NCBI GenBank assembly: GCA_050011195.1
Contig: JBEKJO010000027.1
Location: 2,385-66,384 of the forward strand
DNA length: 64,000 nucleotides
From: Verrucomicrobiota bacterium
GTDB taxonomy: Bacteria > Verrucomicrobiota > Verrucomicrobiia > Limisphaerales > UBA8199
Direction of reading: 5' to 3'
Shown: one piece after another, positions 28,747-37,971 of the stretch
Layout: the number at the start of each line of letters is the position of its first letter
How positions within the stretch are numbered: position 1 is the stretch's first letter
Translations under genes and position numbers: made by a program
Notes under the pieces: model-generated
Seen by the model: only the letters and a program-made list of their open reading frames with translations
Database searches by the model: none
What the model was told of the DNA's origin: nothing

Positions 28747-30384
28747 CTAAGCCGGTTGCGCGGCGGAGGGGGCGGCTCGACGATGGCGCAGGATGCGGCT
28801 AATCAGCATGATCCCGGCAATTCCGGCACAGGCCCAGCCGAACCAGTCGCCGTGTTGGTGGTAAAAGGTCGGGAGGCGCTTTTGGCCGGGGGCGAGCAAA
28901 GGGATTTGGGCGGTCAGGAAGCCGGGGCCATAGATGGCGCCGTGGTCGTCGCGAAAGACCTGGCGCAGGCGGCCCTGGGCGTCCACCCAGCCGGTGAGGC
29001 CGTTGTTGGAGCAGCGGATGAGGGGGAGAGCGTTTTCGACGGCACGGAAGAGGGCGGCGGCGGCATGCTGCCACTGGGCGGAGCCTTCGCCAAACCAGCC
29101 GTTGTTGGTGAGGTTCACGAGGAAATCGGTGTCGTCGTCAGCGGCTTCGCGGGCGAGGTGGGGGAAAATGTCCTCGAAGCAGATCAAAGGCGAGGTTTTC
29201 ACATCTGGCTGCGTCAGGACGAAGGGGACGGGGCGGTCGCCGGGGGTGAAGCCGCCTTCGATAGGCGTGAACCATTTGACGAAGGGGAGCCAGCGCACCA
29301 GGGGAATGTATTCGCCGAAGACGACGAGGTTGCGCTTACGATAGCGGGCGACGAATTGGCCGTCCGGGTTGACGAGGAAGCTGGCGTTGTAGAACTCGTA
29401 GTTATCGGGGGCGGCGGGCGGCGCAGGCCGGCCAATGTCGTCGGAACCGAGGATGAGCCACACGCGATGCTGGCGGACGAGGTTGGTGATGGCGGGGTAG
29501 ATATTGGTGTCCCAGCGGGCGTAGCTGGGGACGGCGGCTTCGGGCCATACGAGCAGGTCGGTCCGATTGGTCAGGGCCTGTTCGGAGAGGCGTATGAGGT
29601 CGCGGAAGCGCTCGCGGTCGCGGCTGGAGTCCCAGATCAGCGTTTGGGGAATGCTGGGTTGAATAAGGGTGACGTTCAGGGTGCGGTCGGGGGCGGAATC
29701 CCGCGCCAGTTGCCGGAAGCCGAAGTTGAAGAGGAGGGCGATAACCAGCACGGGGAGAATGATTTCGCCGACCCAAGCGGAACGCGTGGTCGGGCGCAGC
29801 ACGACCATCAGGCCGGCGGAGAGCAGCGAAAGCGAGACCCAAACAACCAGGAACGACACGCCGTAGATGCCGGTGACGGAGGCGATCTGGATGAGGGGCA
29901 CCATTCGATACTGGGACGCGCCCAGCAGGTTCCAGGGGAAGCCGGTGAAGAGCCGGACTACGAGCATTTCGAGGGCGACCCAGAGGGCGGCACCGTAAAT
30001 GGCCCAGAGGGTGCGCCGGGTCCAGCTCCGGGCCAGGAGACCCACCGGGGACAGCAGCCAAACCCAAGTGGCGGGATAAAGGGCGAGGTAGGCGCTGAGG
30101 GAAAGCCAGCCGGCGGCCGGGCCAAGGGGGATCGAGTGCCAGCGGTAGGGAATCAAGAGGAGCCAGCAAAGGGAAGCGAGGTAATAGGCCAAGCCGGCGA
30201 CGTAGCCGATGCGGAAGCTTTCTGCGCCGCTCCTGCCGAGGGCGGTCGCGAGCATCAGCGCGGGGGCGATCCATGCGAGGCCGGCGATGCCGATTTTGGG
30301 GAAGGAGGCGGCCAGCAGGAGTCCTGCGAGAGTGGCCGCGAGGTAACGGCTGCGCATGAATGGGCTGGCCCAGAAAGTTCTCAC
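28747..30384 (-). CDS. lnt: Apolipoprotein N-acyltransferase
   Basis: An N-terminal multi-TM region is followed by a C-terminal nitrilase-like domain (LVWPE...ICFE). An alternative start is at 30357. Confidence 0.9.
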   Translation of the reverse strand: MRTFWASPFMRSRYLAATLAGLLLAASFPKIGIAGLAWIAPALMLATALGRSGAESFRIGYVAGLAYYLASLCWLLLIPYRWHSIPLGPAAGWLSLSAYLALYPATWVWLLSPVGLLARSWTRRTLWAIYGAALWVALEMLVVRLFTGFPWNLLGASQYRMVPLIQIASVTGIYGVSFLVVWVSLSLLSAGLMVVLRPTTRSAWVGEIILPVLVIALLFNFGFRQLARDSAPDRTLNVTLIQPSIPQTLIWDSSRDRERFRDLIRLSEQALTNRTDLLVWPEAAVPSYARWDTNIYPAITNLVRQHRVWLILGSDDIGRPAPPAAPDNYEFYNASFLVNPDGQFVARYRKRNLVVFGEYIPLVRWLPFVKWFTPIEGGFTPGDRPVPFVLTQPDVKTSPLICFEDIFPHLAREAADDDTDFLVNLTNNGWFGEGSAQWQHAAAALFRAVENALPLIRCSNNGLTGWVDAQGRLRQVFRDDHGAIYGPGFLTAQIPLLAPGQKRLPTFYHQHGDWFGWACAGIAGIMLISRILRHRRAAPSAAQPA

Positions 30385-30430
30385 CGCGCCCAGCTTGCCG
30401 AGAAAGCGTCGAAAGGCAAGGTCGGGGAAT

Positions 30431-30526
30431 TGGAGTGATGGAGTGATGGAGTGGCGGAGTATTGGAGTATTGGAGTATTGGAGTATTGGAGTGGTGGAGT
30501 GATGGAGTGATGGAGTGATGGAGTTT
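30431..30526. repeat. Octamer tandem array, 12 units
   Basis: The units are tggagtga x2, tggagtgg, cggagtat, tggagtat x3, tggagtgg, tggagtga x3 and tggagttt. The array sits in the divergent lnt / ClC intergenic region. Confidence 0.9.
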
Positions 30527-30619
30527 GGGAGCGAGTTCAGAATTGCGTCTCGTCAAAGGGGCGATTTATCGCGATATTGGCTTGTGCAGTTTTTGAGGAA
30601 CACAAAGGTTGTGGGAGAG

Positions 30620-32776
30620 ATGCACGCGTTTTTCCTGCGGCATTGGCAGCGGGCACTGCGCGTTCGGGGCCGGATTCGCTTCAGCGAAGAGGCGTTTCAC
30701 CTGGTGCTGGCCGGAGGTGTGGGGGTGATCGGCGGGCTGGTGAACATCTTTTTCTACTACGCGACGGAGTCGGTAAGGCTGTTCTTCCTGCGGCGGCCGG
30801 GCGAGCTGGTCGAGGTGGCGGAGAAGATGGTCCCCTGGCAGCGGGTGCTGACGCCAACGTTGGGCGGGTTGTGCGCGGGGCTGGTGTTGCATTGGGGCCT
30901 GCGGATGGCGGGGCCGCTGCATTCGAGCAACCTGCTGGAGGTGGTCGTGGCGGGTGATGGGCGTTTGCCGCTGCGGAGCGGGATGGTGAAGTTCCTGTCA
31001 TCGCTGGTCACCATCGGGTCGGGGGGATCCATCGGGCGGGAGGGCGGCATCGTGCAACTGGCGGCGACGCTGGCGTCCAAATGGGGCCAGCTCGCGAAAT
31101 GGCAGCCGTATCGGCTGCGGCTGCTGGTGGGATGCGGGGCGGCGTCGGGGATTGCGGCGGCGTATAACGCGCCGATTTCCGGCGCGGTGTTTGCGGCGCT
31201 GATCGTGCTGGGCAACTTCTCGATGAGCCTGTTCGCCCCGCTGGTGTTCGCGTCGGTGGTGGCGACGATGGTATCGCGGAGCTTCTTCGGCATCCGGCCA
31301 TGGTACACAGTGCCGCCGTTCGAGTTTACGAGCCTGACGCAATTGCCGTGGTTTGTGTGCCTGGGGATCGTGAGCGGCGGGATGGGGGCGGCGTTTATGA
31401 AGTTGCTGAACCGGACCGAGGCGGCCTTCAAGAAGGTGCCGGCGCCGATCTATGTCCGGCTGGCGCTGAGCGGGCTGATGGTGGGGCTTATCGCGATATG
31501 GTTTCCCGGCGTGTGGGGCAATGGCTACGTGGTCACGAACCGCATCCTGCGGGGCGAGTATGGCGCGCCGGCTTTCTCCGCCGGGGATATCGCGGACCTG
31601 GAATCGCTGGCCCATAGATTGAAGCAGCCGGCCGAGGACGACGGGGTCTCGAAGTATCTGGCGGCACAGATCGCGCCAGCCACCTTGAACCTGTTGTCAA
31701 ATTATACTGGGAATGGGGACGTGAAGCTGCAGGAGGCGCTGGCAGCCGACCTGAATCGAGTCATCCAGGGCGGGCCGCTTTACGAGGCGCAGCGATTTAG
31801 GAACGTAACGTTGTCCGCGAAGACGATCCGGCTGCTCGAGCGCAAGCCGCAAGGGCTGGACCTGGCACGGTTGAATCGGAAGCTGCTGCTGGAAGCTTGC
31901 CCGCGGGAGATGTCCCGGACGCACTGGCGCGAGGCGGCGGCGGCGGGGTTGTTGGCGCTGGCGGGGTTGTTCGTGGCGAAGCTGGTAGCGACGCTGGCGA
32001 CGGTTGGTTCGGGCGCAGTGGGCGGGGTGTTCACGCCCACGCTGTTTCTGGGAGCGGGGTTGGGGGCGACGTTTGCCTTGTCGCTGCAACAATTGGGTGC
32101 GGGAGAGGATTTGCCGATTGCGGCGTTCGCGGTGGTGGGCATGGGGAGCATGTTGGCGGCGACCACGCGCTCGCCGTTGCTGGCGATGATCATGGTCTTC
32201 GAGATCTCGCTGGACTATTCGTTGATGCCGCCGCTGATGCTGGCGTGCGTGGTGTCCATCCTGGTGGCGCGCCGGTTGCATCCGGCATCCATTTACACCG
32301 AGCCGCTGCGGCGCAAGGGGTTGATCGTGCCGCAGGAGGCCACGGCGTCGGAAGCGGCGGCGGAACGGACGGTCGGGGATATTATGCGGGCGCCGGTGCC
32401 GCCGGTGCGCGAGACGGCGACACTGCGGGAGATCGCCGACCGCTTTCTGACCGGGGCGAACAACTTCCTGCCGGTGGTGGATGCAAAGAACCAGTTAGTT
32501 GGTTTGGTGGCTTTGCATGATTTGAAAGAATACCTGGGGGCGGAAGAGGAATTCCGGGGGGTGATTGCGTACGACTTCATGCGGCCGCCACCGGCCTGCG
32601 TGACGCCCAATCAACGGCTGCTGGAGGTGCTGCCGGTGGTGCTGGCGAGCGAACAGCGCAATATTCCGGTGGTGAGCACGCTGAAGGAGAACCGCCTGGT
32701 CGGGGCGCTGCCTCGTGGGGAGGTGCTGGGGATATTTTCGGAAGCGATTGCCGCGAGCAGCAAGACGGAGGCGTAG
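30620..32776 (+). CDS. ClC-family chloride channel/transporter with C-terminal CBS pair and an internal insertion
   Basis: GSGGSIGREGG, GVWGNGY and GSGAVGGVFTPTLFLGA are ClC motifs, and a CBS pair lies at the C-terminus. The start is taken at MHAFF (30620). Confidence 0.9.
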   Translation: MHAFFLRHWQRALRVRGRIRFSEEAFHLVLAGGVGVIGGLVNIFFYYATESVRLFFLRRPGELVEVAEKMVPWQRVLTPTLGGLCAGLVLHWGLRMAGPLHSSNLLEVVVAGDGRLPLRSGMVKFLSSLVTIGSGGSIGREGGIVQLAATLASKWGQLAKWQPYRLRLLVGCGAASGIAAAYNAPISGAVFAALIVLGNFSMSLFAPLVFASVVATMVSRSFFGIRPWYTVPPFEFTSLTQLPWFVCLGIVSGGMGAAFMKLLNRTEAAFKKVPAPIYVRLALSGLMVGLIAIWFPGVWGNGYVVTNRILRGEYGAPAFSAGDIADLESLAHRLKQPAEDDGVSKYLAAQIAPATLNLLSNYTGNGDVKLQEALAADLNRVIQGGPLYEAQRFRNVTLSAKTIRLLERKPQGLDLARLNRKLLLEACPREMSRTHWREAAAAGLLALAGLFVAKLVATLATVGSGAVGGVFTPTLFLGAGLGATFALSLQQLGAGEDLPIAAFAVVGMGSMLAATTRSPLLAMIMVFEISLDYSLMPPLMLACVVSILVARRLHPASIYTEPLRRKGLIVPQEATASEAAAERTVGDIMRAPVPPVRETATLREIADRFLTGANNFLPVVDAKNQLVGLVALHDLKEYLGAEEEFRGVIAYDFMRPPPACVTPNQRLLEVLPVVLASEQRNIPVVSTLKENRLVGALPRGEVLGIFSEAIAASSKTEA

Positions 32777-32798
32777 TCATGGCCGATGGGCGACTGGC

Positions 32799-33848
32799 TC
32801 AGCACAGGAAAGCGAGGGCGGCGAGGGCTTCCGCCGCGAGCCAGATGACCAGCACGGCTTGCGTACGGGTGAGGCCGCGCCGGACCAACCGGTGGGAGAG
32901 ATGGTTGGTGTCGCCTTGATAGAATGGCTGGCCGATGCGCCAGCGGAGGAAGACGACCCAAACCAAGTCCGCCAGCGGGATAGCGAGGACCAACAGCGGA
33001 AGCAACACTGCCCAGCGGCGCGGGTGCTGCGCGGTATAGAAATGCGGGAGAATGGCGAGCACCGCCAACAGGTAGCCGACGAGATGACTGCCGGCGTCAC
33101 CGAGAAAGGCGCGGGCGCGGGGGAAATTGTAGGGCAAAAAGCCGAGCAGGGCGCCGAAGGTGAGGAAGGCGATGAGCGCGACCAGGTATTGGCCGTCCGC
33201 CGCGGCGATGAGGGCGAAATGGTAGGCCCCAATCGCGCCCAGGCCCGCGCAGAGGCCGTTCATGTTGTCCATGAAGTTGAAGGCGTTGATGACGGTGAGA
33301 ATCCACAGGATGGTGATGGCGTAGCTGAAGATCAGACTGGGAACAAAGAGAGTAATGCGCGCACCGCTCGCAGCGACCAGGGCGGCGATCGCCAACTGGC
33401 CGGCGAACTTCGCGCCCGGGCGCAGCTCGCGCTTATCGTCCAGCCAACCGACCCACAACATGCCGAACGCGCCAAGGAAGATGCCGGCCAACTCGATTGC
33501 GCGGCGGCCCAGGCCATACTGAAGGAGAAAGGCAGAATTGGCATCCAGCAGTTCCAGACGACCGGTGCTGCGGGAAGTCGCAGCGGAGATGACGGAACCT
33601 TCTTCCGCAGGATGGCCGGCCCTCTGCCACCAAAGCACCAGGCAGGCCAGCAGCGTTGGAATCAGCAGGCCAGTCATGACCGCCAAACCGCCGGCCAACG
33701 GGATGGGCTGGTCGTGAATCTTGCGTTGGCCGGGATCATCGACCAGTCCGGTGCGAAGACACCATTTGCGCCAGAGCGGCAAGGCAGCCAGCACCGTGAC
33801 GCAGGCGCTCACGATGGCCAACAGATAGACGTTGAACGGGAAGGTCAC
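32799..33848 (-). CDS. Glycosyltransferase family 4 polyprenyl-phosphate sugar-1-phosphate transferase (WecA/MraY-like)
   Basis: It is polytopic, with the motifs VDDPGQRKIH, NAFNFMDNMNGL and FLGDAGS. Confidence 0.85.
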   Translation of the reverse strand: MTFPFNVYLLAIVSACVTVLAALPLWRKWCLRTGLVDDPGQRKIHDQPIPLAGGLAVMTGLLIPTLLACLVLWWQRAGHPAEEGSVISAATSRSTGRLELLDANSAFLLQYGLGRRAIELAGIFLGAFGMLWVGWLDDKRELRPGAKFAGQLAIAALVAASGARITLFVPSLIFSYAITILWILTVINAFNFMDNMNGLCAGLGAIGAYHFALIAAADGQYLVALIAFLTFGALLGFLPYNFPRARAFLGDAGSHLVGYLLAVLAILPHFYTAQHPRRWAVLLPLLVLAIPLADLVWVVFLRWRIGQPFYQGDTNHLSHRLVRRGLTRTQAVLVIWLAAEALAALAFLC

Positions 33849-35005
33849 GCCAGGGAAGCTCCCAGTCGGATGTAGAGTTGGTGCAGGTTGTCCACCATGG
33901 GCTGGACGCCGAAGCGTGGTTGGACGAACTGTTGGCCGCGACGGCCCAGGCGTTGGCGCAAGGCCGGGTCCCGGGCCAGCCGAAGGAGGCGTTCGCGCAA
34001 GCCGGGCAAATCGCCTGGCCGCAACAAGAACCCGGTTTCATTCTCAAGACAGACCTCTCTGGCACCGTCGGCATCGTAAGCGACGACGGGCCGGGCGGCG
34101 GCCAGCGCCTGGGGCAGCGCGCGAGGCAGCCCCTCGCGCAGGGACAAGTGCACGAGGAGGTCCATGATGCCCACCAGTGGCGGCACGGCGGCTGGCGCGA
34201 CGAGGCCGGTGAAAACCACATGCTTTTCAAGTCCGAGGGAGCGCACCTGGTCTTCGAAGCGCCCGCGCCAGGAGCCGTCACCGACGAACAGCAATTTAAT
34301 CTGGGGACAAAGGCGCACCAGCCCGGGCGCGACGGCCAGCAGGTCGCTGTGTCCCTTGAGCTTAAAGAGACGGGCGATTTTGCCGATGACGATGTCGTCC
34401 GGCGCGAGGCCGAGCCGGGCGCGGAGGTTGAGGTCGTTAGTCGAGGAGAGGAACGGTTCCAGCGGGAAGCCGCTGAAGATGGTCGTGTACTGGTCCGGGC
34501 GTCCGATGCCGGCGGCCAGGTATTGCTGTTTCATGGCTTCGGCCACAACGACGAAATGGGTGGTAACCCGGGCGGCAACGCGTTCCGCCGAGCGAAAAAG
34601 TGAGTTGGCCAAGGGACCTTGAAAGGGGCCGAAAGATGGCCCGTGAATGGTATGCAGGATGATCGGCACGCCGGCACGGGCGGCAGCGAGCCGGCCCAGA
34701 ATGCCGGCCTTGCCGCTGTGGGTGTGGACGATGTCGGGCTGGCGCGCGCGAAACAATTCGGTGAGCTTTTTCCAGGCTAGAAAGTCTTGCCAGGGGTTGA
34801 TCGGGCGGACCAACTCAGGCACGAGGGTGAGCAGGACCGGGCAGCCGGCGAATAGGGATTCCAGCGAGCCTTCCGGCCCGAGGGTTGGGCCGGCCACCAG
34901 AGTGACGTCCAGTCCCGGTTTCTCGCGCAGGCCCAGCACGGAGGCAACGGTGTTTTCCTGGGCCCCCCCCACGATCAAGCGTGTGATGACGTGTATGACC
35001 CGCAT
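33845..35005 (-). CDS. Group-1 (GT4) glycosyltransferase
   Basis: MRVIHVITRLIVGGAQEN...HTHSGKAG...E.GLPRALPQALAA are typical motifs. Its stop overlaps the downstream start by 4 nt. Confidence 0.85.
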   Translation of the reverse strand: MRVIHVITRLIVGGAQENTVASVLGLREKPGLDVTLVAGPTLGPEGSLESLFAGCPVLLTLVPELVRPINPWQDFLAWKKLTELFRARQPDIVHTHSGKAGILGRLAAARAGVPIILHTIHGPSFGPFQGPLANSLFRSAERVAARVTTHFVVVAEAMKQQYLAAGIGRPDQYTTIFSGFPLEPFLSSTNDLNLRARLGLAPDDIVIGKIARLFKLKGHSDLLAVAPGLVRLCPQIKLLFVGDGSWRGRFEDQVRSLGLEKHVVFTGLVAPAAVPPLVGIMDLLVHLSLREGLPRALPQALAAARPVVAYDADGAREVCLENETGFLLRPGDLPGLRERLLRLARDPALRQRLGRRGQQFVQPRFGVQPMVDNLHQLYIRLGASLA

Positions 35006-35014
35006 CCGGTGCGG

Positions 35015-37945
35015 TCAACGCGAGCCGGACTTCAGTTGCTTAAGGCGCTCGCTGACGAATTTGGCTTCGGCGGTGTTGGTCTGAGCATTGACCAGGTAGA
35101 GTTGGTAGTTCCGGACCGCGGCGTTGGTGTCCTTTTTCCGCCAGGCGATTTCGGCCAGGCCGTAGTAGATTTGGAAAGCGGTCGGGAAGGCCTTTTGCAG
35201 GAGTTCGTAGTCGCGCTGCGCGGCCTCCAGTTTGTTGGCGCGCAGGCAGGCGATGGCGCGGTTGAGCAGCGCGGAGTAGTTGTTGGTGTCTATAGCCAGC
35301 GCCTGGGTGAGCGGGGGAATGGCCTGGTCGAAGGCGCCGATCTGGATGCAAGCGAAGCCCTTGTTGACGAGGGCATTCATGTTGGTCGGCGCGAGGTTGA
35401 GCTCCTGTTTGATAGTGGTGAGCGCATTGGAGTAACGTCCATACTTCATATACACCTGCGTCGCGGTGGCCAGCAAAGCCGCATCGCCGGGATACTGCGC
35501 CACCGCCGCTTGCACGGCCGCCTCTGCGCCTTTGAGGTCGTTCTGGGCCAGGTGGGCAGAGGTTTCGACGAAAAGGAACTCAGTTCGGTTGGTGCGGGTG
35601 GCCTCGAGCAGGCTGGGTTGGGCGCGGATTTGATCCACGAGCTTGAGCGCCTCGCCAGGCAGGCCGGTGACGACACACAGTTGGGAAAGCCAGATGCGGG
35701 CGACGAGGTTCTCGGGGGCTAGTGTTTTGACGCGGTCAAACTGCGCTGCCGCCTGGCGGTAGAGGTTGTTGCGCACGAACACTCGACCCTGTTCGTAACA
35801 GAAATTCGGTTCGTCGAACGGCCCGTTGTCACCCATGATCTGGTCCCAATTCCGGTATTTGCCGAACTCATCTTCAACCGATTTGGAGACCTGCACCGAA
35901 CTTCTGCGCCCGGCTCGGAGGTTTCTATTGCACTGCAGGTTGACCTGCGCCACGAGGTTGTCGGGATTCAACTCCAGGGCGCGCTCGAAATGCGCGGCGG
36001 CGTTGGTCAACTGGCCGTCTTTCTGCATCTCGACTGCCCAATAGTCGAGCGCGCGGGAGTAAAACGCTGCCAGAACGGCGGCATCGTGGTTGGACTCCCT
36101 GGTGAGATGGGCGTCTTCTAACAGGCTATCCATCAGTCCGGGTTGCTTGTCTGGACTCGGAGGTTCGACAACCGCCACAAGGGGTTGAAGGGCCTGGGAG
36201 TCGGTCTTCGCCCAAAAGGCCTCGTTCTCAGCAACCAAGTCTTTGTTTGGCGGCGGCGCGAAAAGGGCGTTGGTCGGATACGGATTAAGCTTGTAAACCA
36301 AGCCATGCGGCTCCGGGCAGAAGAACTCGAAGTAATAGCCGAAGCTCGGGTGGAGATAGTAGAGGCTGTTGGTCTGCGCCAGGCGGGAGACCAACTGGAC
36401 CAGCAGGAAGGGTTCGGCGTGTTGCAAGCTTCCCTTGGGAGGGTTGCTTTCCCAAAGTCGCGGGTGGTTCTTCTTCAGGAACCGGTGGTAGTCGGGAAAG
36501 ACCAGCGAGGCGGTCTCCAGAAACAGGTACGCTTTACCCTTGCCGGTTTGGGCGGCGTAGGCCTGGAGCAGCAACGAGCGGCGGGGGTCGTCACTGAGCA
36601 GGACGGCGCGTTGGGGTGGAAGAGACTGTGCCAGCAAGGCAGCGTATTGCTTGAGCATGGGGCCATTCGTCGTGCGAATCTGAGGCAGGTTTCTGTAAAC
36701 CAGCAGCCACGGCGCCAGCAACAGAAGCAGCCAGATGATGGCGGTGATGGCGCTGTTGATCAGGCGCACATGAGGCGGCAGGCGGCGGGGGCGATCGGAT
36801 CTTCCGCTGAACAAGAGCAGGAAATACCCGCTGCAATAGCCCACGGTGAGCGCGCCCAGGTAATAGAAGGTCAGGAAAGGAGAGCCGAAGCCTTTGTTGC
36901 GGGGGCTGAACGGCGGGTCGAGGGCCACCCAAATGCAGGCGATAAGAAAAAGGCCGTGCACCACATGGAACATAAAGGTGGCCAGTGTGATCCCCAATTT
37001 GCTGGTGTCGCCAAAGTAGGAGGCCCAACGAATGCCGATGATGAAGACCGGCAAAACCGAAGTTAGCGCCAGCAACGCCAACGTCTGCCTGCCGTACTTG
37101 TAAAACAACATGAGAATGTTCCTTTGCGCATTCAGGTTCGCTTTCAAAGCGGGCCAGAACGGTATGGAAGAGGCATCGGTCGCACCTTGCAAAAGGGGGA
37201 GCAGCAGGTAGAGCGACAAACCGGCCAGGCCGCATAGCGACATCCGCGCCAGGAAGCCCAGGTTGAAAAAGCTGAGACCTTTAATCCAGACCAGCGCCAC
37301 CACAAACGCCGGCAGAAAACCAATCATCGCCCAGTTGTTCGTTATCGCCACCCCGCAAACGAAGGAGGCACGCATCAACCAGGATTCGCGCTCCTTAATG
37401 CGGAACTCCAGCAGGCAACGAACCACGTAGGCGAACAGCAGCAGGTCGAGCATTTCACAGCCCGTGCCCCAGGGCGGCGGCGGAGAGGAGACGGTCGTGG
37501 CGTGCTCCCAGAAGGTCAGTTGCAAGCCGCATACCAGCGCCGCCAGGACCGGCGGCAACCAGGCAGCGGGGATCGAGAGAAGCCCGGATCTGCCGGCTTC
37601 CTGCTGGCGCTGGTCGTGGGTGCGGTCGTGCGGCAGCAATGCCACCGAGCGGACTAACAACGCCAAAGACAGAGTTGCGCAAACGGCGGCGAAGGAATTG
37701 AGCGCCAGCGGAATCGTTTGGGCCGGCAGCCAGCGGAAAGGGCAGGTGACCAGCCAAAAAACCGGGCCGTACAACTCCGGCTGCCAGGTCCAGCCGGACA
37801 CCCTGGCTACCTGCAGAAGACTGCTCAACGACACCCAACGATTGAGCGTCACGAGGTAAACGGCCAACGCGGCTGCCGCTACCAGCCAAGGCAGTAATGC
37901 GGGGACGAACTTGTTCTCCGGACTGACTTCACGTTCCGTTGTCAT
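35015..37945 (-). CDS. Large polytopic membrane protein with C-terminal TPR repeats (GT-C-like architecture; family uncertain)
   Basis: About 12 TM helices are followed by a soluble region and several TPR repeats. The start is taken at MTTEREV (37945) to avoid overlapping the upstream gene. Confidence 0.7.
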   Translation of the reverse strand: MTTEREVSPENKFVPALLPWLVAAAALAVYLVTLNRWVSLSSLLQVARVSGWTWQPELYGPVFWLVTCPFRWLPAQTIPLALNSFAAVCATLSLALLVRSVALLPHDRTHDQRQQEAGRSGLLSIPAAWLPPVLAALVCGLQLTFWEHATTVSSPPPPWGTGCEMLDLLLFAYVVRCLLEFRIKERESWLMRASFVCGVAITNNWAMIGFLPAFVVALVWIKGLSFFNLGFLARMSLCGLAGLSLYLLLPLLQGATDASSIPFWPALKANLNAQRNILMLFYKYGRQTLALLALTSVLPVFIIGIRWASYFGDTSKLGITLATFMFHVVHGLFLIACIWVALDPPFSPRNKGFGSPFLTFYYLGALTVGYCSGYFLLLFSGRSDRPRRLPPHVRLINSAITAIIWLLLLLAPWLLVYRNLPQIRTTNGPMLKQYAALLAQSLPPQRAVLLSDDPRRSLLLQAYAAQTGKGKAYLFLETASLVFPDYHRFLKKNHPRLWESNPPKGSLQHAEPFLLVQLVSRLAQTNSLYYLHPSFGYYFEFFCPEPHGLVYKLNPYPTNALFAPPPNKDLVAENEAFWAKTDSQALQPLVAVVEPPSPDKQPGLMDSLLEDAHLTRESNHDAAVLAAFYSRALDYWAVEMQKDGQLTNAAAHFERALELNPDNLVAQVNLQCNRNLRAGRRSSVQVSKSVEDEFGKYRNWDQIMGDNGPFDEPNFCYEQGRVFVRNNLYRQAAAQFDRVKTLAPENLVARIWLSQLCVVTGLPGEALKLVDQIRAQPSLLEATRTNRTEFLFVETSAHLAQNDLKGAEAAVQAAVAQYPGDAALLATATQVYMKYGRYSNALTTIKQELNLAPTNMNALVNKGFACIQIGAFDQAIPPLTQALAIDTNNYSALLNRAIACLRANKLEAAQRDYELLQKAFPTAFQIYYGLAEIAWRKKDTNAAVRNYQLYLVNAQTNTAEAKFVSERLKQLKSGSR

Positions 37946-37971
37946 GCGGCGGGTCAAAGTTGAATCTATGG

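Noticed and set aside
30431-30526. The tandem octamer arrays (also at 2643, 4173, 24838 and 56192) considered as a possible CRISPR array
   Set aside because: The units are only 7-8 nt, are directly abutting with no spacers, and have no cas genes nearby. They are microsatellite-like repeats.
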